A stretch of DNA of 64,000 nt from Klebsormidium nitens (lineage: Eukaryota; Plantae; Klebsormidiophyceae), in NCBI GenBank assembly GCA_000708835.1, contig DF237195.1, forward strand, positions 1 to 64,000, in the 5' to 3' direction. This document shows, in pieces, positions 17,576 through 30,753 of the stretch. Made by a program: the position numbers and the translations under genes. The notes under the pieces are model-generated. The model was not told the DNA's origin. It did no database searches and saw only the letters and a list, made by a program, of their open reading frames with translations. The stretch's first letter is position 1, and every line of letters starts with the position of its first letter.

Positions 17576-20209
17576 CTAACTGCAGCATGACGACTTCGTC
17601 TTGAGAGGCTTGTCGTTTTTGTTAGGCTTGATTTTGATCGCCTGCGGTGCCTGCAAAGCCGTTTGCCAAAGGTCTCAGGCCAATGCTCCACGGTAAGTTC
17701 ATGACAACAAGCGGATGTTCAGATTAAGAAGGGAATGCTTGAAGACAAGTCACAAGCTTTATCGATTTAACAAGAAACAAGCACGCTCCCAGAAACAAAC
17801 AACACAGGAAGCGTCAAGAAGTTTTGGCCTGGGCACAACACCGACGAAGCATGAAGAGAGACCAGGCAGAGGATTCCAAAATGCCAAGATGAGTCCGTTT
17901 TTGACGCTCAACACTCAACCTGCTTGAAACAGTGGTCATTCTATGCCAAACACAACTTAATTGGACGCACCTCTGTCTTTTGGTCAGCGTTCGCAGCCAG
18001 TCTCTCCTTGATGTCCCGAGCGATCGTAAAGAAGACGTTCTCCACATTGTGGTTGGTCTTGGCCGACTGGACATAGCAACAGAACGGAGTTGTGAGCATG
18101 CCGCCAGAGTGCAAATACTGCCTGCTCCTTGGCACAAGGAGGCGCCATATACCTCCTTCCTGGTCTAATACCATCTTCATACTGACGGGCTCTGGGGGCC
18201 TAAGAAACGAGAAGGCTTCACAAACAGCACTTTCCCATCCTTGAGTATCTATAGCAAAAACCTGAATTGTGTGACAAACTTAGAAGGATGTTTGTTGTTC
18301 AAAGCAAAGATCAAATAGTTCCAGCAAAACCTCGCTCACCGTTTCAAAGAACTGGATTCCAAATTCGTCAGCCAGCGCCTGGCCTTTGGCGGTGGGGACA
18401 GCCTGCACACAAGCAAGCGGTTCAGGCACTTCTTTGGTTGATCCATCCGGGCTGGGCTTTGCGAGCCTGCAGTCGACCCCTGAATTTTCAGTGACACTGC
18501 TCTGAAGTACGAAAAGTGGAGTATCTGGCTTTGCAGCACGGTCATCCCGCTGGTTCAAGCAATGAAGCAGCCCCAAATCTGCCTGAGGAGCACAGTCTGA
18601 ATCAGCGAGTAAGAAAATGTCTGCGCTCATGTCCAGAAGAATGACATAGACCTCTCCGTCACTCTTTACTTGCAAGGACAACTTCGTAGTAGATGCAAAT
18701 CCAGGTTATTCTACAACTTTGAGGAGGAGGGTGACCTCCACAGGTTCGAAAGTGGCAAAATCTTGTTAGCTAAGCCCCACAGTTACAAAGGGACTAAAGC
18801 TGCCCCGGTCTCCAGTCTCATGGTTCAAGAAGCCTTGCAGCGCCAGCAGAAATGGCTCACCCGTTTACTCTCATCCATATCTGCCTTGTTGCCAACGAGA
18901 ATCTTGTTCACGTTGTCAGATGCATGCTGCTCAATGTTCCGGATCCAATTTCTGATGTTGTTGAATGATGCCTCGTCAGTCACGTCATAGACCAGCAAGA
19001 TGCCCATGGCGCCTCGGTAGTAAGCTGTCAGAAAAACAGCATCTTCAGCTTCAGCCTGCTATAGACTTGTTACTAGAGCAGTACATACTGTGGCTTGTAA
19101 TAGCATTCAGCGCAACGCGAAGAGACAAGGAACATCATCTTGGACAGGGTTACAACCTAAAGCTTCCGCCCTTCACCGTCAGGCTTGCTTCCCTCCTAAC
19201 ATCCATGACAGAACACATTACTCTGAGAGGCTTTTTTGCCTTGCTGGGGCTACCTTAAGCACCACATAGCAACTAAACATTTTCAAACGGCATAAAGCTC
19301 ACCTGTTGTGATGGTTCTGAATCGTTCTTGACCAGCCGTATCCCTGCAGAAGAAGAGAATGTGCTCATGAAAATTGCCAGAGGGTTTCACAGTACTACTG
19401 ACGGAGTGTTTACACACTTCTGCGACATAAACCTTGCATTTTTGCAGGTGTCCTGCAACTGCTCAGACTAAAGCTCAACCTGACGAGTGCATTAGGCAGG
19501 TGAATGGAGAAAAAACCGAACGCTTAGCACTCCTCCATCAAGGGAAGGTGTTTCACAAGAGACGATTAGGGTTTGCTTGCAGATAGACATACCATATCTG
19601 GAGCTTGATCTTCTTCCCATCCAGCTCAATTGTACGAATTTTGAAATCAATCCTGCAGCTCCAAACAAATTGTCAGCAAGAAAACCCGCATCACAAAGCA
19701 AAACCCTCTTAAAGACGTAAACTTGCGAGGTATCCTGCTGTGGACCAACAAGTGTGAGGATCATAAGCATGACGGATGCGAAGCTTGTAGGAGCTTGTTT
19801 CCCAGGTTTGTACTGGCAGCAATCCCTAGCTTGTCCACACCCGGATCCACACACAAACCCACCCTATTGTGGTGATGAAGCTTGTCGTGAAGGAATCATC
19901 TGAGAACCGCAAAAGCAGGCAACTCTTTCCAACACCTGCACATTGAGAAAAGCGATCAGGAACGACATCGTCTCTAAAAGAGAAACACAGGGATCTACTT
20001 TGGCAGTGGTTTCCTTCTCTTGCATCATGGGATACTTGCTTTCATCTTTATTGCGGGGACAAAGGAACCCCTCATGAGGAATGTTCAAAGCACACACCCA
20101 AGCACAATTGATACAGTGGACAAGTTGAATACTGACCGCTATCCCCAATCAGCAGCAATTTGATGAGATAGTCATAATCAGCGCGCGCTCTGGTCCCCCC
20201 TGCCGCCAT
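17576..20209 (-). CDS. RABE1: Rab GTPase, RabE1/Rab8/Sec4 class, 214 aa, 8 coding exons
   Basis: Exons 20209-20137, 19935-19863, 19652-19593, 19343-19303, 19024-18861, 18402-18340, 18066-17971, 17650-17576, all GT-AG and in phase. Protein [29 protein letters not shown]...[47 protein letters not shown]...LVGNKADM...ETSAK...KSSCCS; all G-boxes and a double-Cys prenylation end are present. Confidence 0.97.
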
Positions 20210-20809
20210 TGCCCTCTCCTACTGGACTGTCAAAGGGCAGCAGATCCGAGTGTCTTTAAATGGACCGCCTACTTCAAGGTGGCCCTTCACCAACCCCTAT
20301 TCTTGTGGGGTGCTTATGATTGGCATTCGTCTCGATCTGGTCTCATTCGCACCAAAGCAAATAGCTCTCAGGCTTTCACTCTTGCCTACTCCCCTCTTCC
20401 TCCTTCACAAAGAAGGTCGTGAAGCAACACGAATGAGACTTCCTGCAAGCCTGGAAGCAATGGCTAGGGTACACAAGCGCTCTCAGAGCACACCCCTAAA
20501 TTCTGCTCCCAAGCTTGATCGCCCTGAACAGGGTGGCTCAACTTCAACTGCAGACTCCAGATGTCAGCATCCACACAGCCAGGCTACATATTCCGTCGCT
20601 AGTGAGGTACATAAGGGCTGGGATTTTGCCAGGCTGGTGCCAGGATGTACAACAGGCTGTAGGTACGTTTCCGTTGGATTGGCCGATCAGCCGCGTCAAC
20701 AGTGGTCAAATGTGCGCGACCAGTACTTTGATACGCGTCGCGTATCCCAGTTGACTTTTTGTGGAACTCGGCCCCCGAGCCCAGCTGACGAGTAGGTACG
20801 ACAGTCAGT

Positions 20810-20945
20810 ACAGAGCCCCGGGCCCCAATAGGTGGTTCTGAGTCGGTAGAGTACCTGCCTTCCCCGGGCGAATAATAATTTAGCCGGGCGGTCTGTACGA
20901 AGACTGCTGCAGTATTTTTGTCCTTGGTCGCCCTAAGGATCACCC
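20810..20945. promoter_or_regulatory. Probable bidirectional promoter zone between RabE1 and the BPP-like gene
   Basis: Lies between head-to-head genes; contains a GGGCCC (site II-like) motif near 20820, a CCCTAA (telo-box-like) hexamer at 20931 and a candidate minus-strand 5'UTR donor near 20853. These short motifs are weak evidence. Confidence 0.3.
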
Positions 20946-21520
20946 CAGTTCCGGTCTTGGCTCACGGGTTCGCGGGCGAGATTGCATACCCGGGCGCTGT
21001 TTTCGGCCCGTTTTGGGATATTACCTTCAAATAATTTGCACAAAATTGCACGTATACTGTCCTGCTGGTCGATTTTCCTCTTGAGGGGAAGCAACACGCG
21101 CTGTTTTCGACCCCCTGGCTTGAGAGAGCGAAGAGTGCGGAGGCGCGCACCGCATGTGTTTGGAGCTCTCCATGCTTCCACTTCAAGTGGTGGCTTCTGA
21201 GAGTCTCTCAGCCCAGCAAGAAGGGCAAGAATTGGCTCCAGCAGACGGGCATCAGGAATCTGCTGCGTTTGGGCAACAGGGACAGCTAAGTTGTAATGAA
21301 GGCGACAGCTGAATGCTTCTTAATCTGGCAGGAAGTGCTTTTGCTTTTGATGAAGCAGAAGCTGTCGCAGTCCTGATGTTGGTGTCCGGAATGCAGGGTC
21401 AGTGTTGGCGGCCTTCTGCGTTGCTTTATTGTGCCCCTAATAGCTTAGATCTGTGGTGCGAGGGTTGTCTTGGCGCAGTTTGAGTGTATGCAGAATCATC
21501 AAGGCGTTGGCGTAGGAAAC

Positions 21521-24500
21521 ATGGGTAAGCAGACCTGCCATTTCAATTCTTTTCCCATGTTGCCTCAAGACTTTTGCAGATCCAAGCTAGTGCCATCTTT
21601 CTTTTCGCCTGGCTCAATACTTGGTGGCAGCACTCAGACTTGCGCACTTCAACAGGGCAAGCTCTTTTGAAGACTTGCGTTTTGGTGTTAGAATGGGTTT
21701 TACGAGCATCTGATTCAAATGCTCGGTGGAATAGTTGTATGCTGTGCTCAAACCTTCCATGATAACACAAAAGAATCTTGTCCCACAGGTTGAAAAGGAT
21801 CTTGATTCTTCTGGGTCCCAGAGTTCCAAGTGCTTTCAGACACTTTCGGCGCACCTGTATATGTCGTCTGCTTTTCTAATGGGATTATATTCAATGGGGG
21901 AACGGACATTTTAATCAACATCAGAATGCACCTCTTTCAGACACACAGGCTGGAGTTTTCTGGGGCTGGCTTTTGGCAGGCCTATCCGCATTCATTTAGA
22001 CGACTCGTTGACAAGTCAGGTGGTGTTTTACCACCACTTGCCAGTTTCGCTAACTGCATTTCAAAGATGAATCCGTGTATTCTGACGCCACTGCCTAATC
22101 TCTCTTTCAGCCTAGAAGGTTGTCTGTACTGAAGTGTTGCAGCATTGATGCACTTCGTTCTCTGTGCCTACTTTCTTTTACATTATCCTCCAGCCACTTG
22201 GGAATTCTTGAAGTTACTGAATTGATTGTTGTCTTGTCCTCACGTCACTGGAATGACTGTTGTCATGTGCTCATGTCTGAACTTCATGTCTGAAGTTGTC
22301 TCTTTGGCATCCCTTGCAGCAAGTAGCAACCCGCTTTCTGTGACACCTCCCCGCCGCTACCAGCGCACGGGGGACCTGCTCGTTGAAGATGTGCAGAAGG
22401 ACGATGAATGGTGAGTGGCATCTCATGTGTTGGAATGAACCTACCTCTGCAAAATCTGGTTGAAGCTTTACTGTGAACGGATGGCAAGTCACCTCGAAAT
22501 ATGATTTTGAAGTAAGTAACAGAACTACGACAAGCTTGAAAACAGTTCTTGATAGCCAGTCCAGAAGCAGCTAGACCCTCTTCTAAGCATCTGGACGAGG
22601 TGAGAAGCTGTTAAGTCCATCAATGTTGACAAGACGGTCTTTGTCCTGCCGTAGATGTTGATATCTCCCAAGCCAGAAAACTTTCAGCTGGCTGCATAAT
22701 GTGTATTACTGCGTGATTCACACAACTTGACAGTGCTCGCAAAAATCGTGAACGACCATCGATCTTCCCGGTTGCCAGTTCGCAGTCAACAATCAGGACA
22801 ACACTCCACGCTGTTCAAGTAATCAATTCGAGTGTCTCTGACACAGCGTCTGCCTTCCACCGCAGGCTCTACTCTCCGTCAACAGAGCCGTCCCCTGTGC
22901 TTTCAAACTGGGACGACGACGGTGCTCCACCAAATCTGCGAACCAGCTTTGACCGCAATCTGGGGGGCCAGAGTCAGATGGAGAGAAGCAACTCGCTGCG
23001 GGGCAAGTTAGGGCTCGAGCCCCGGTCCTCCTCTCGCAGTTCCAGTCAGTCAGTGACTCCTCACGAGCTTTCCCCACTCGGGTCGAGGAGGCCCAGTCAA
23101 GAGGATTATGTTGCTGGGATGTCGCAGAGGATCAGTGAGGCGAGGTTCCAGGACCGCGCTCTGGACGAGCCAAGCCCGAAGCAATCAGTGAGTTCTTTGG
23201 GTTCCGTATGCTTTCTTAACGTTGCATTGATTCTTGGCATTGGCTCGATAGACGTTTTGTAGAAGTAATTCGTCAGTCTGGCCAGCAGCGTTTGGTATCC
23301 TGCATACGCGGGTTATGGCTGGGGCTGTCCTTGTCGCTACCTTGGACCTATGTAGGACCATTGAAGCTGCAGCTTAACTCGATAAATGATAACCACCGTC
23401 TCTGAATTGTCTATAGCGCAGAATATCTTTCCAGCAGCCTCCAATTCGTTGTTTTCGGAAAATAGCATGCCAAAGGTAGTAGGGATGTCGTGTCAAGGTG
23501 CCTGCAAAATGCGGCTCAACTGTGTAAAGAGAACACCAATACCGACTTTTTTTGCAGCTCTTTGAACTGCGCACCATGTTTCGAGACGACAACAGAGCAA
23601 AGCAAGAGGTGCAGGAGGGCACTCGCAGGATGTCGGCACCGAGCCCCATTGCTTTGCGGAGAGCCTCCAGCAACATCCCCACTCCGCCTGGCCATGCTCC
23701 GCCCTCTTCAGTTCCAGAACGGGGTGTTAGCCGTAAGTTATCCTCTCAGCTTTGGGGCTATGTCTCTTTGGCTGGCATACTGTTAAGACGTGCGTTGCCT
23801 GTCAGTATCAATATAGGTGCATGTTTGGCCTGCAAGTGGTCTTCAAGCACCGTCCGATATCTGGCAAAAGCATCCGAAACGATTAGGAATCAAACACACC
23901 CTCAAGCTCTTAAGGATATTGACGAATGTTTTCAACCTCTGCCGTCAGAAAAGGAGCACAGCGATGCTTGAATCGTGCTGATATGCGATCACTGCAATCT
24001 GCCTCCTCTTCTGCTACTTTGAGATCACGAAAAACCACCGCTCTTACAATCATGTGAGCAGCTCTGAATGCTAGTCGGTTTGTGTTACTTTGGGAAAGAC
24101 TTCTGGCCTTCTTCTGGCTCAGATCCTCAAGAGACTTCAGTCCAATTTGTCTTTTTCTTAAAAATGAGCGGAAGACAAAGCTCTGCCTTAATCCCGCAGG
24201 CGAGTCCCCTTCCCCTTCCATCATCGAGCGCAGCCTCTCGTCCGGCAGCAGGATCCCCTTCGCCCCCGGCTCGCGCAGGTCCTCCTCCGTTACTCCTTCA
24301 AGCCCCGCCCAAGCTCGGCCCCCCTCCCCAACCCCCCCCAACCCGTCCCCTCGGAGGGCCAGCGACGGGGGTAGCCATCTCGCGGCTTACCGCCCCGCCA
24401 CCCCAGAGTCCCAACGGCCAGGCTACGCGGCCATGCAGGCTCGTGTCAAGGCTGGTCTTGTCCACCTCAGCCCGTCCCCTGCCCGGGAGAAGCCTCCGGG

Positions 24501-27500
24501 GGGGCTGGCTAGGACTCCCCCATCGTCTGGGGGATCCCCCCGGGTGAGCGACCGCTCGAACCTCCGCCGGGCGTCGTCCAGCCCGTCCCGGAACAACACC
24601 GCTCGGGCCGGCGTCCCGGGACAAACCAGCGCCGGGCTTTCCAGCCCGGCCACGCCCGCGAGCACCTCCCGGGTGTCGTCTGCCGGGTCGTTCTCAGGCC
24701 GCACGGGGCCGGCGAGCAGCTCGGGGAATATGTACATGACCCCGGCCAGTGGCACGCCGGGAAGGTTGTACATGTCGCCGAGCCGGACTGGGAACAAATC
24801 AGTGAACCAGCCAGCAAAGCCCGCGTATGGATCAAGCTCCACGCGCTCGTTGAGCATGGGAAGCTCCAGCAAAGCAGGTAGGTTTCGTGTCATAGTCCTC
24901 TTGGTGTTTCATTGGTCGCTGGTCCATGAAGATGGTATGAGCGCCTCCTGTGCTCACTTGTTCTTGGTTGATAAAATGTTGGGATTCTGAGTCGCAAGCT
25001 TTGCTTCAGCGTGGCAATCATTGCTGCGTGATCTTCTGAAAGATCGAGACCTTTGAATTGTCGGGAGCAGTTGCTTGAGCTTGCCAGAGTCATGGGCTGG
25101 TCATCAGCGGAGCTCGTAGCGAGGCTGCATCAACCTTTCGTCTAGAGATTCTGTTAAGTTGGTGCAACTGCTCCGTCAAGGAAGGCTCTGTGCCTCACAA
25201 GAAGCGGTTGCTTCACGTCCTTGTTCAGTTGCCTTTGCAATTGTTCACATCCTTGCTCAGGCTGATGGATAGATGGCAAAAGCTGACGAACTTATTTCTT
25301 TAATCTCTTATTTTTAAAGAGGGCCTCATTCATCTCCTATCCCCCTCGCAGGCTTCAACAGCAGCGTGCCACGCACCTTCACTTTCCTGGAGGACCCCAC
25401 CCCGAAGCGGCGGGGGAGTGCCCTGGAGCGCGAAGAGATGGCGAGCCTGACCCAAGACACGTCTCCGGCCGCTTCCGGGGGGTACCTTTTCCCCGACGAG
25501 GAGTCCCCCCGGCGCCCCGTGGCAGACACCAACGACCAGAGCTGGGCACATGTGCGCACGGCTGTTGCGCAGGCGAAGCGCTCGCGGTCGATGGGCGCTG
25601 GATCGCCCAGGGATGGGAACGGGTCCGCCAAGACGGTCGGCCGGGGCGACCCAATGAGGTAAGAGCTGGGGCACTGTTTGACGTCCTCGAAGCTGTAGCA
25701 GTGTAGCAGATTATTCAAGGCATACAATTGTTGGAAAGTGTGCGACAGACTCGCTTGCTGCGAGTCCATCACTTTCTCTTCCATCCGTATAACAAGCAGC
25801 ATGCGTTCCTTTCGGTGTAGCAGGTGCTATAACTTTCTCGCTTAGGGGTCTCGAGTGCGCAGGATCGGCGCCGTAAGTTGCATGAAGAATTGCGCTTTGC
25901 AGATTGTCCGTTTAGGGCGGCTTGATTCGTTTGACAAGACTGCACCTTCTTAATCAGAGTGCTAATGACGAGTGGCTTCATTTGACCAGCTTTCATAGTT
26001 ACGATGCTCGTTAAGAAGTCTAGATCTTCCTAATTCCTGCAGAACCAGCAGCGTGCGCTCGAGCGCCGAGCGCAGCAACCTGCGCCTCAGCGGGGGCCTG
26101 GTTCCCCCTGGCCAGACCTCCAGCTTCAACGGCGGCGAGCCGCAGATGCCCGCTGCAAGCCTCCTCGCCGGCAAGCGGACCGGCAGTTCCGGTAACCTCG
26201 CCGCGGCCGAACACAGCCCCTCGTTTGCGGCCCCATCCAACGTCAACCGTGCGTCTTACTACCCCCCGGGGATTGCCCCTCCGGGGACAATGTTCCAGCC
26301 TGAGATGCCGTCGTTCCAGCCTGAGATGCCGTCGGATGTCCGGAAACAGGAGAAGGCGCCCGGGGTGATGAGTTCGGACGACGAGAGCTGGGGCCCGGGG
26401 GAGGGCTCCAAGGATGGCTCCGTGTCCGGAGAGTCCGGCCCGTGGACGGGGTCCCTGGCGAGCGAGGACGACGAATTGGTCGGGGGCAAGCCGGACAAGG
26501 GCGGGGCGAAGGCCGGGAGCAAGAAGCGGCGGCGGTTCCGCAAGTCGCGGACGCGGTTCCGGGGCACGGAGAGCGGCGTCGAGGGGGACGAGAGCGAGAT
26601 CGACGTCGACACGGCGTCGCTCGCGACCGCGGGGAGCCCCCTGCCGGGCAATCTGATGACGGTCCCCCCGGACAACCAGTCGCTTCCCGATACGGCGAGC
26701 GATACCATGAGCGTGGACGCGGCGGAAGGGGGGGCCGCGGAGGGCCGGGGGTCGGACCGGTTGCTCACCCGGGGGGGGAGGCGGGACGGGGTCGAGGTGC
26801 TGGAGCCACTGCCTGACGTCAGCATCGATGCAGAGGAGGGCGTGATGGCGGTGCGGTCGGAGCATGACGTGGCGCCGGCGGTTTTGGTTGGAATGGAGAG
26901 TCAGCGGGAGGCGGATGCAGGGCGGCCGAACCTAGGGGCGGCTATACCTACGCTGGGAGGGGCCGTTCTGCCGACCGTTACTCGGGACGAACAGAGCCAG
27001 ACTGAGGACGTTCTGACGGAGAAGGAGCCGGCTTCGTCGAGAGGAGAGTGGCGAAGCGAGGACTACTCGTTTGAGAGAGCCGAAGGAAAGCCGAAGAAGG
27101 CAGAGGAGGTGGTGTTTCCGGCGGCTGCCAATCTGGTTGGCTCAGGTTTGGAGCTGAAAGAGAGGCCCGTTGTGGCGACTGAGCGGTCCGGTTCCGCTGC
27201 TCCTGTCGTTGCAGAGAGTCCGCCTCCTATGGAAACGGATCAGGTCAGCGTTCCAGCCTCTCAGCCGCGCCTCAGCTTCGAGGAAACTCCCATCGTGGCA
27301 AAAGGGTCCTTTGCCGCGGCCCTGGAAGGCCCCATTAGCGGCCAGGCGTCGCCCGGCCCTGTAGTAGCTGCCAGAAATGAGTTGAACGAGTTGCCCGTGA
27401 CAGGGCCCGTCGCTTCCAGCCCAGCAGCAGTCAGCGAGCGTAGCAACGGATCAGGCCCCGCTCTGGGAAAGACTGCAAGCCAGCTTGTAGTGGAAGAGAC

Positions 27501-29181
27501 AGCCGTCGAGAAGGTGGGGATGACGAGGGAGGGCCAACTGCCAGATGAGATTCCGCTAAAGCCGCCAGCATCAGATCCAAAGCCTGTAGCGATGGAAGTC
27601 TCCAAAGCAATGGCCGACGAACAGGCTAGCAAGGACGTTCCCGAAGCCGCGGCCGCCGAAACGAGCCCGGTTCCCAAACCGAAGCCCCCGGTCCTCTCCT
27701 TCGACGACATCCCGGTCAGGGGCGTCCAAGGAATCTTCGGCGAACGGCCCCCGGTTCACTCCCCCCCGGCCGAGAGCCCCTCTCCCGCCAAACCCGCCGA
27801 GAAGCGAGGCCCTGTTTCTGACCCGGCCGCGCCTCGGCCAAGCACCGCCGCGCAGGAGGGCGCCCCAAAACAGGGCCCCAAGGGCGAGGGTGTGAGGAGG
27901 ATCAGGAGCGCTGGGGGGTCTGGGCAGGCGGCCCTGGGGTTGCGGGCGGGCAGCAGTGGCGCGAACCTGGAGAAGGCGATCGCGTCGATGAACCGGCGGA
28001 ACACGATGCGCCGCAGCAGCGACCGGTCCACCGCGACGGGCGCGTCGGAGAACTACGAGTGGGAGAGGAGCTCGCTAGGTGAGCGCTCGTCGCAGGCGCT
28101 GATGAGCGGTCCAGATTCTGTCCCATTCTTTTGAAAGTAGCTGAAGCAGGGCTGTCTATTGCTGCACAACGTTCTTTGCGGCCTAAAGCAAGCAGTCTCA
28201 CGGGCTCTCATTCCGCCTTCAGCAGCACCAGAGGATCTGGCAAAGCAGATGAACTCTTGCAGAAGAGAGGGTTTTGGGTGTAAAGTACTGTCCTATCTTG
28301 GCTTGGATTCTTCCGCGCCTCATTCCTCAGACGTCTCCCATCGCCGCAGCGAAGACTGGTCTCACAAATCCTGGAGACCACCTCTTTCCAGCTCACGGTT
28401 TTCGTTCGTCTTTCGATGCAGCCGACGAAACGTACAGTGACATCAGCACGCCGTCGACGATGCTCTCCCGGAAGACTCTGGAGGAGGCGGCGGAGAGCGC
28501 CATCTTCTGCTCGTCCATCGTGCACGATCTCGTGTATCAGGTCAGGCGACGGACACCTTCCAGCTTTTGGCCAACATATGATCTCTCTCCCCTCCGGCTC
28601 GAAGCCGTTCAATCCTGCATTTCGCCTCTTGTGTTAGAGAAGCTCGTGCTCAAATGTGCTAGCTCTTGCGCGACAGGCATTTGAGTTTGACGTCGGGCCG
28701 TAAAAGGAAGAGGTGGTCCAATGCTTCCTGAGCATATGCCGTAGAGAATGGATGCGCATTCACAAGCGTTTTGTAAAGTCTGACGGACGTGGGTCCCCGG
28801 TGCTCTGACACAAGAAAGCGCTGACAGCACTTGGCGAAGCAATTTGTAAATTTTAATGGCAAGGAGATCAGTTCCAGCTTTTCTCGCATGAAATTTCTCT
28901 ACACTTAATGTAACTCTCCACTAAAGCTCAATCGGTCTCGCGTGCAGGCGGCCAGCCTGGCCCAAGAGAAGGAGGACCTGGCGAAGCTTGGCAAGGCCTC
29001 CGGCGAGTTGGTAAAGCTTGTCTCCAAGCAGCGAGGCCCGGAGATTGACCGAATTCCTGCGGCCGGAATTGGCGCGAAGCGAAGCAACGGAGGCACAGCT
29101 TCCGGTCTCGAAGCTGGCAAGGAGAGTGGAAAGCCGCCAAAGGCAAAGAAGCAGCCGGCTTGTGGGTGTACTATACTTTAA
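21521..29181 (+). CDS. BPP/At1g27850-like Ser/Pro/Arg-rich microtubule-associated protein with C-terminal CaaX
   Basis: Phase-compatible exons 21521-21524 (ATGG, tentative), 22320-22410, 22866-23187, 23558-23732, 24200-24877, 25352-25658, 26043-28108, 28422-28540, 28948-29181. Motifs GDLLVEDVQKDDEW|LYSP (cf. plant DLL..EG.KNDYDWLLTPP) and RKTLEEAAESAIFCSSIVHDLVYQAASLAQEKE (cf. plant LTLEEATDTILFCSSIVHDLAYQAA); ends CGCTIL. Family recognised from memory. Confidence 0.8.
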
Positions 29182-30753
29182 GGTCGTGGAAAACGATTGC
29201 CGCTGCGTCGCAAGCTGCTCTGCATTAGGTGGGCTGCAAGGAATGGTCAAGTGAGAGAGATCACGTCTGAAGAACTGGCATTGGTGGAAGGTTAGTACCG
29301 CTAGGTCTTGAAACTAGGGCGGCTAAGTTATGCTATGTTCGCTTCCACACTGACTCAATGAGACAGAGTATTGGTCATAAGATTGCCAAGTTGCTCATGC
29401 GAAAGGTCAAGTTGGGGGATGGTAGACGGTCTTGGTATTGGTTTTAGTTGTCATTGATTACAATTTTGAGTGAAACAAGTCCGACCACTCACGTTATCTG
29501 CTTAAGCGGGCAGCACAAATGTCTGGTGTCAAAGCCGTCTTATTGAAAGATTGTTATATCCAATAAAGATCGACATGGTGCATTGACTGTCGAACCTTGA
29601 CGGCTCTCCGAGTTATTGACGGTTAATTGACGTCAGGCTAACTACAAACTCCTGTAGAAGACGGTAGATGGAATGAGCATACAGATATCCGCATGATCAC
29701 GTTCTAATGGCGGTCCCTCCATGTTACATGATGCATATACAACAATATCATACCGTCGTCCTTGCGCAGCCGTAGATTGCGTGCGCGCCAGGCTGAGTCC
29801 CAAATCGATAATGCGAGCGACACAGACCGACCTCGTAAATGATCTCGTTTCGCCGCGCGACCAGCCGGGCTGCTCACACTGAGCAGGATCCGTGGCACCG
29901 GCTAGGATCGAGCCTGCATTGCATGGTGAAGAGGTATGCGCGGAACCGGGGCCCGGCCGGTCTGCATGGACTGGTTGGAAAAACGAAATTGCGCAAAGAG
30001 ACGCCCACTTTCGGCATGTGCGCATGATGATCATTAAATTTGTCCTCGCGAGGTCCTCGCGTGTTGTGACAGTTGAGCGCCAAGTACGTGAAATGAACGG
30101 ATTTGCAGGTCGCTGGTCTTAACAAGATGCGGCTCGACTTTGAACAGATTGGATTCCTGGCGGCGCTGCCACTACAATCGCGATCAATTTGAATTGGGCC
30201 TTACACACAAGCTGATCACATCCCACTCGTTAACTCGTGTAGGTGCCTCCCAAACTCTACAAGTACTATGGGAGGCGGCAACCCCGCAGCTCGTTTCCAA
30301 AGAGTCAGCCCACATTTGCATACTGTCCATCAGTGCATGACAGCTTGAACACTATACGACTCGAAGGCGTGTCTGTTTACATAGTTTGCGTCACATTTGC
30401 CCTTTTACAAAACCACGGTGCTGTCATTAAGCCCGCATAGGCGATCTGCGTTCGTTATATATTGGTGGCCTATTTTTAACACATCAATGTCAAGATACAG
30501 GCAAGCCGCCGTAAGCGCCGGCTTTGCCTTGAAGCTGCATGGATTACAAAGCAAACGTACACAGCGGAAGCCCCGCTGCAGCATAGTAACGCGTCTAGAA
30601 AACGCTCACACTTAGCGGCTAGGCCGATCCTGAAGGTCTCACAAAGTCCATGTGTGTACGTAAACTCAACCGTACGAGACCTGAACATCAAGCTCTCCAA
30701 CTTCCAGGGGCTCTGTCAGCCGCTTATCCATTGTTCGAGGGCCGCGCCAAGCC

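Noticed and set aside
20250-20795. 181-aa ORF (MARVHKRSQS...) as the first exon of the BPP-like gene
   Set aside because: It probably lies within the RabE1 5'UTR intron on the opposite strand, and a better phase-compatible start (AAACATGG|GTAAG at 21521) exists.
24298-28201. Long antisense ORFs over BPP exons (and likewise over the Agenet exons, e.g. 53710-54714, 55935-57098)
   Set aside because: Shadows of GC-rich, stop-poor coding exons on the other strand.
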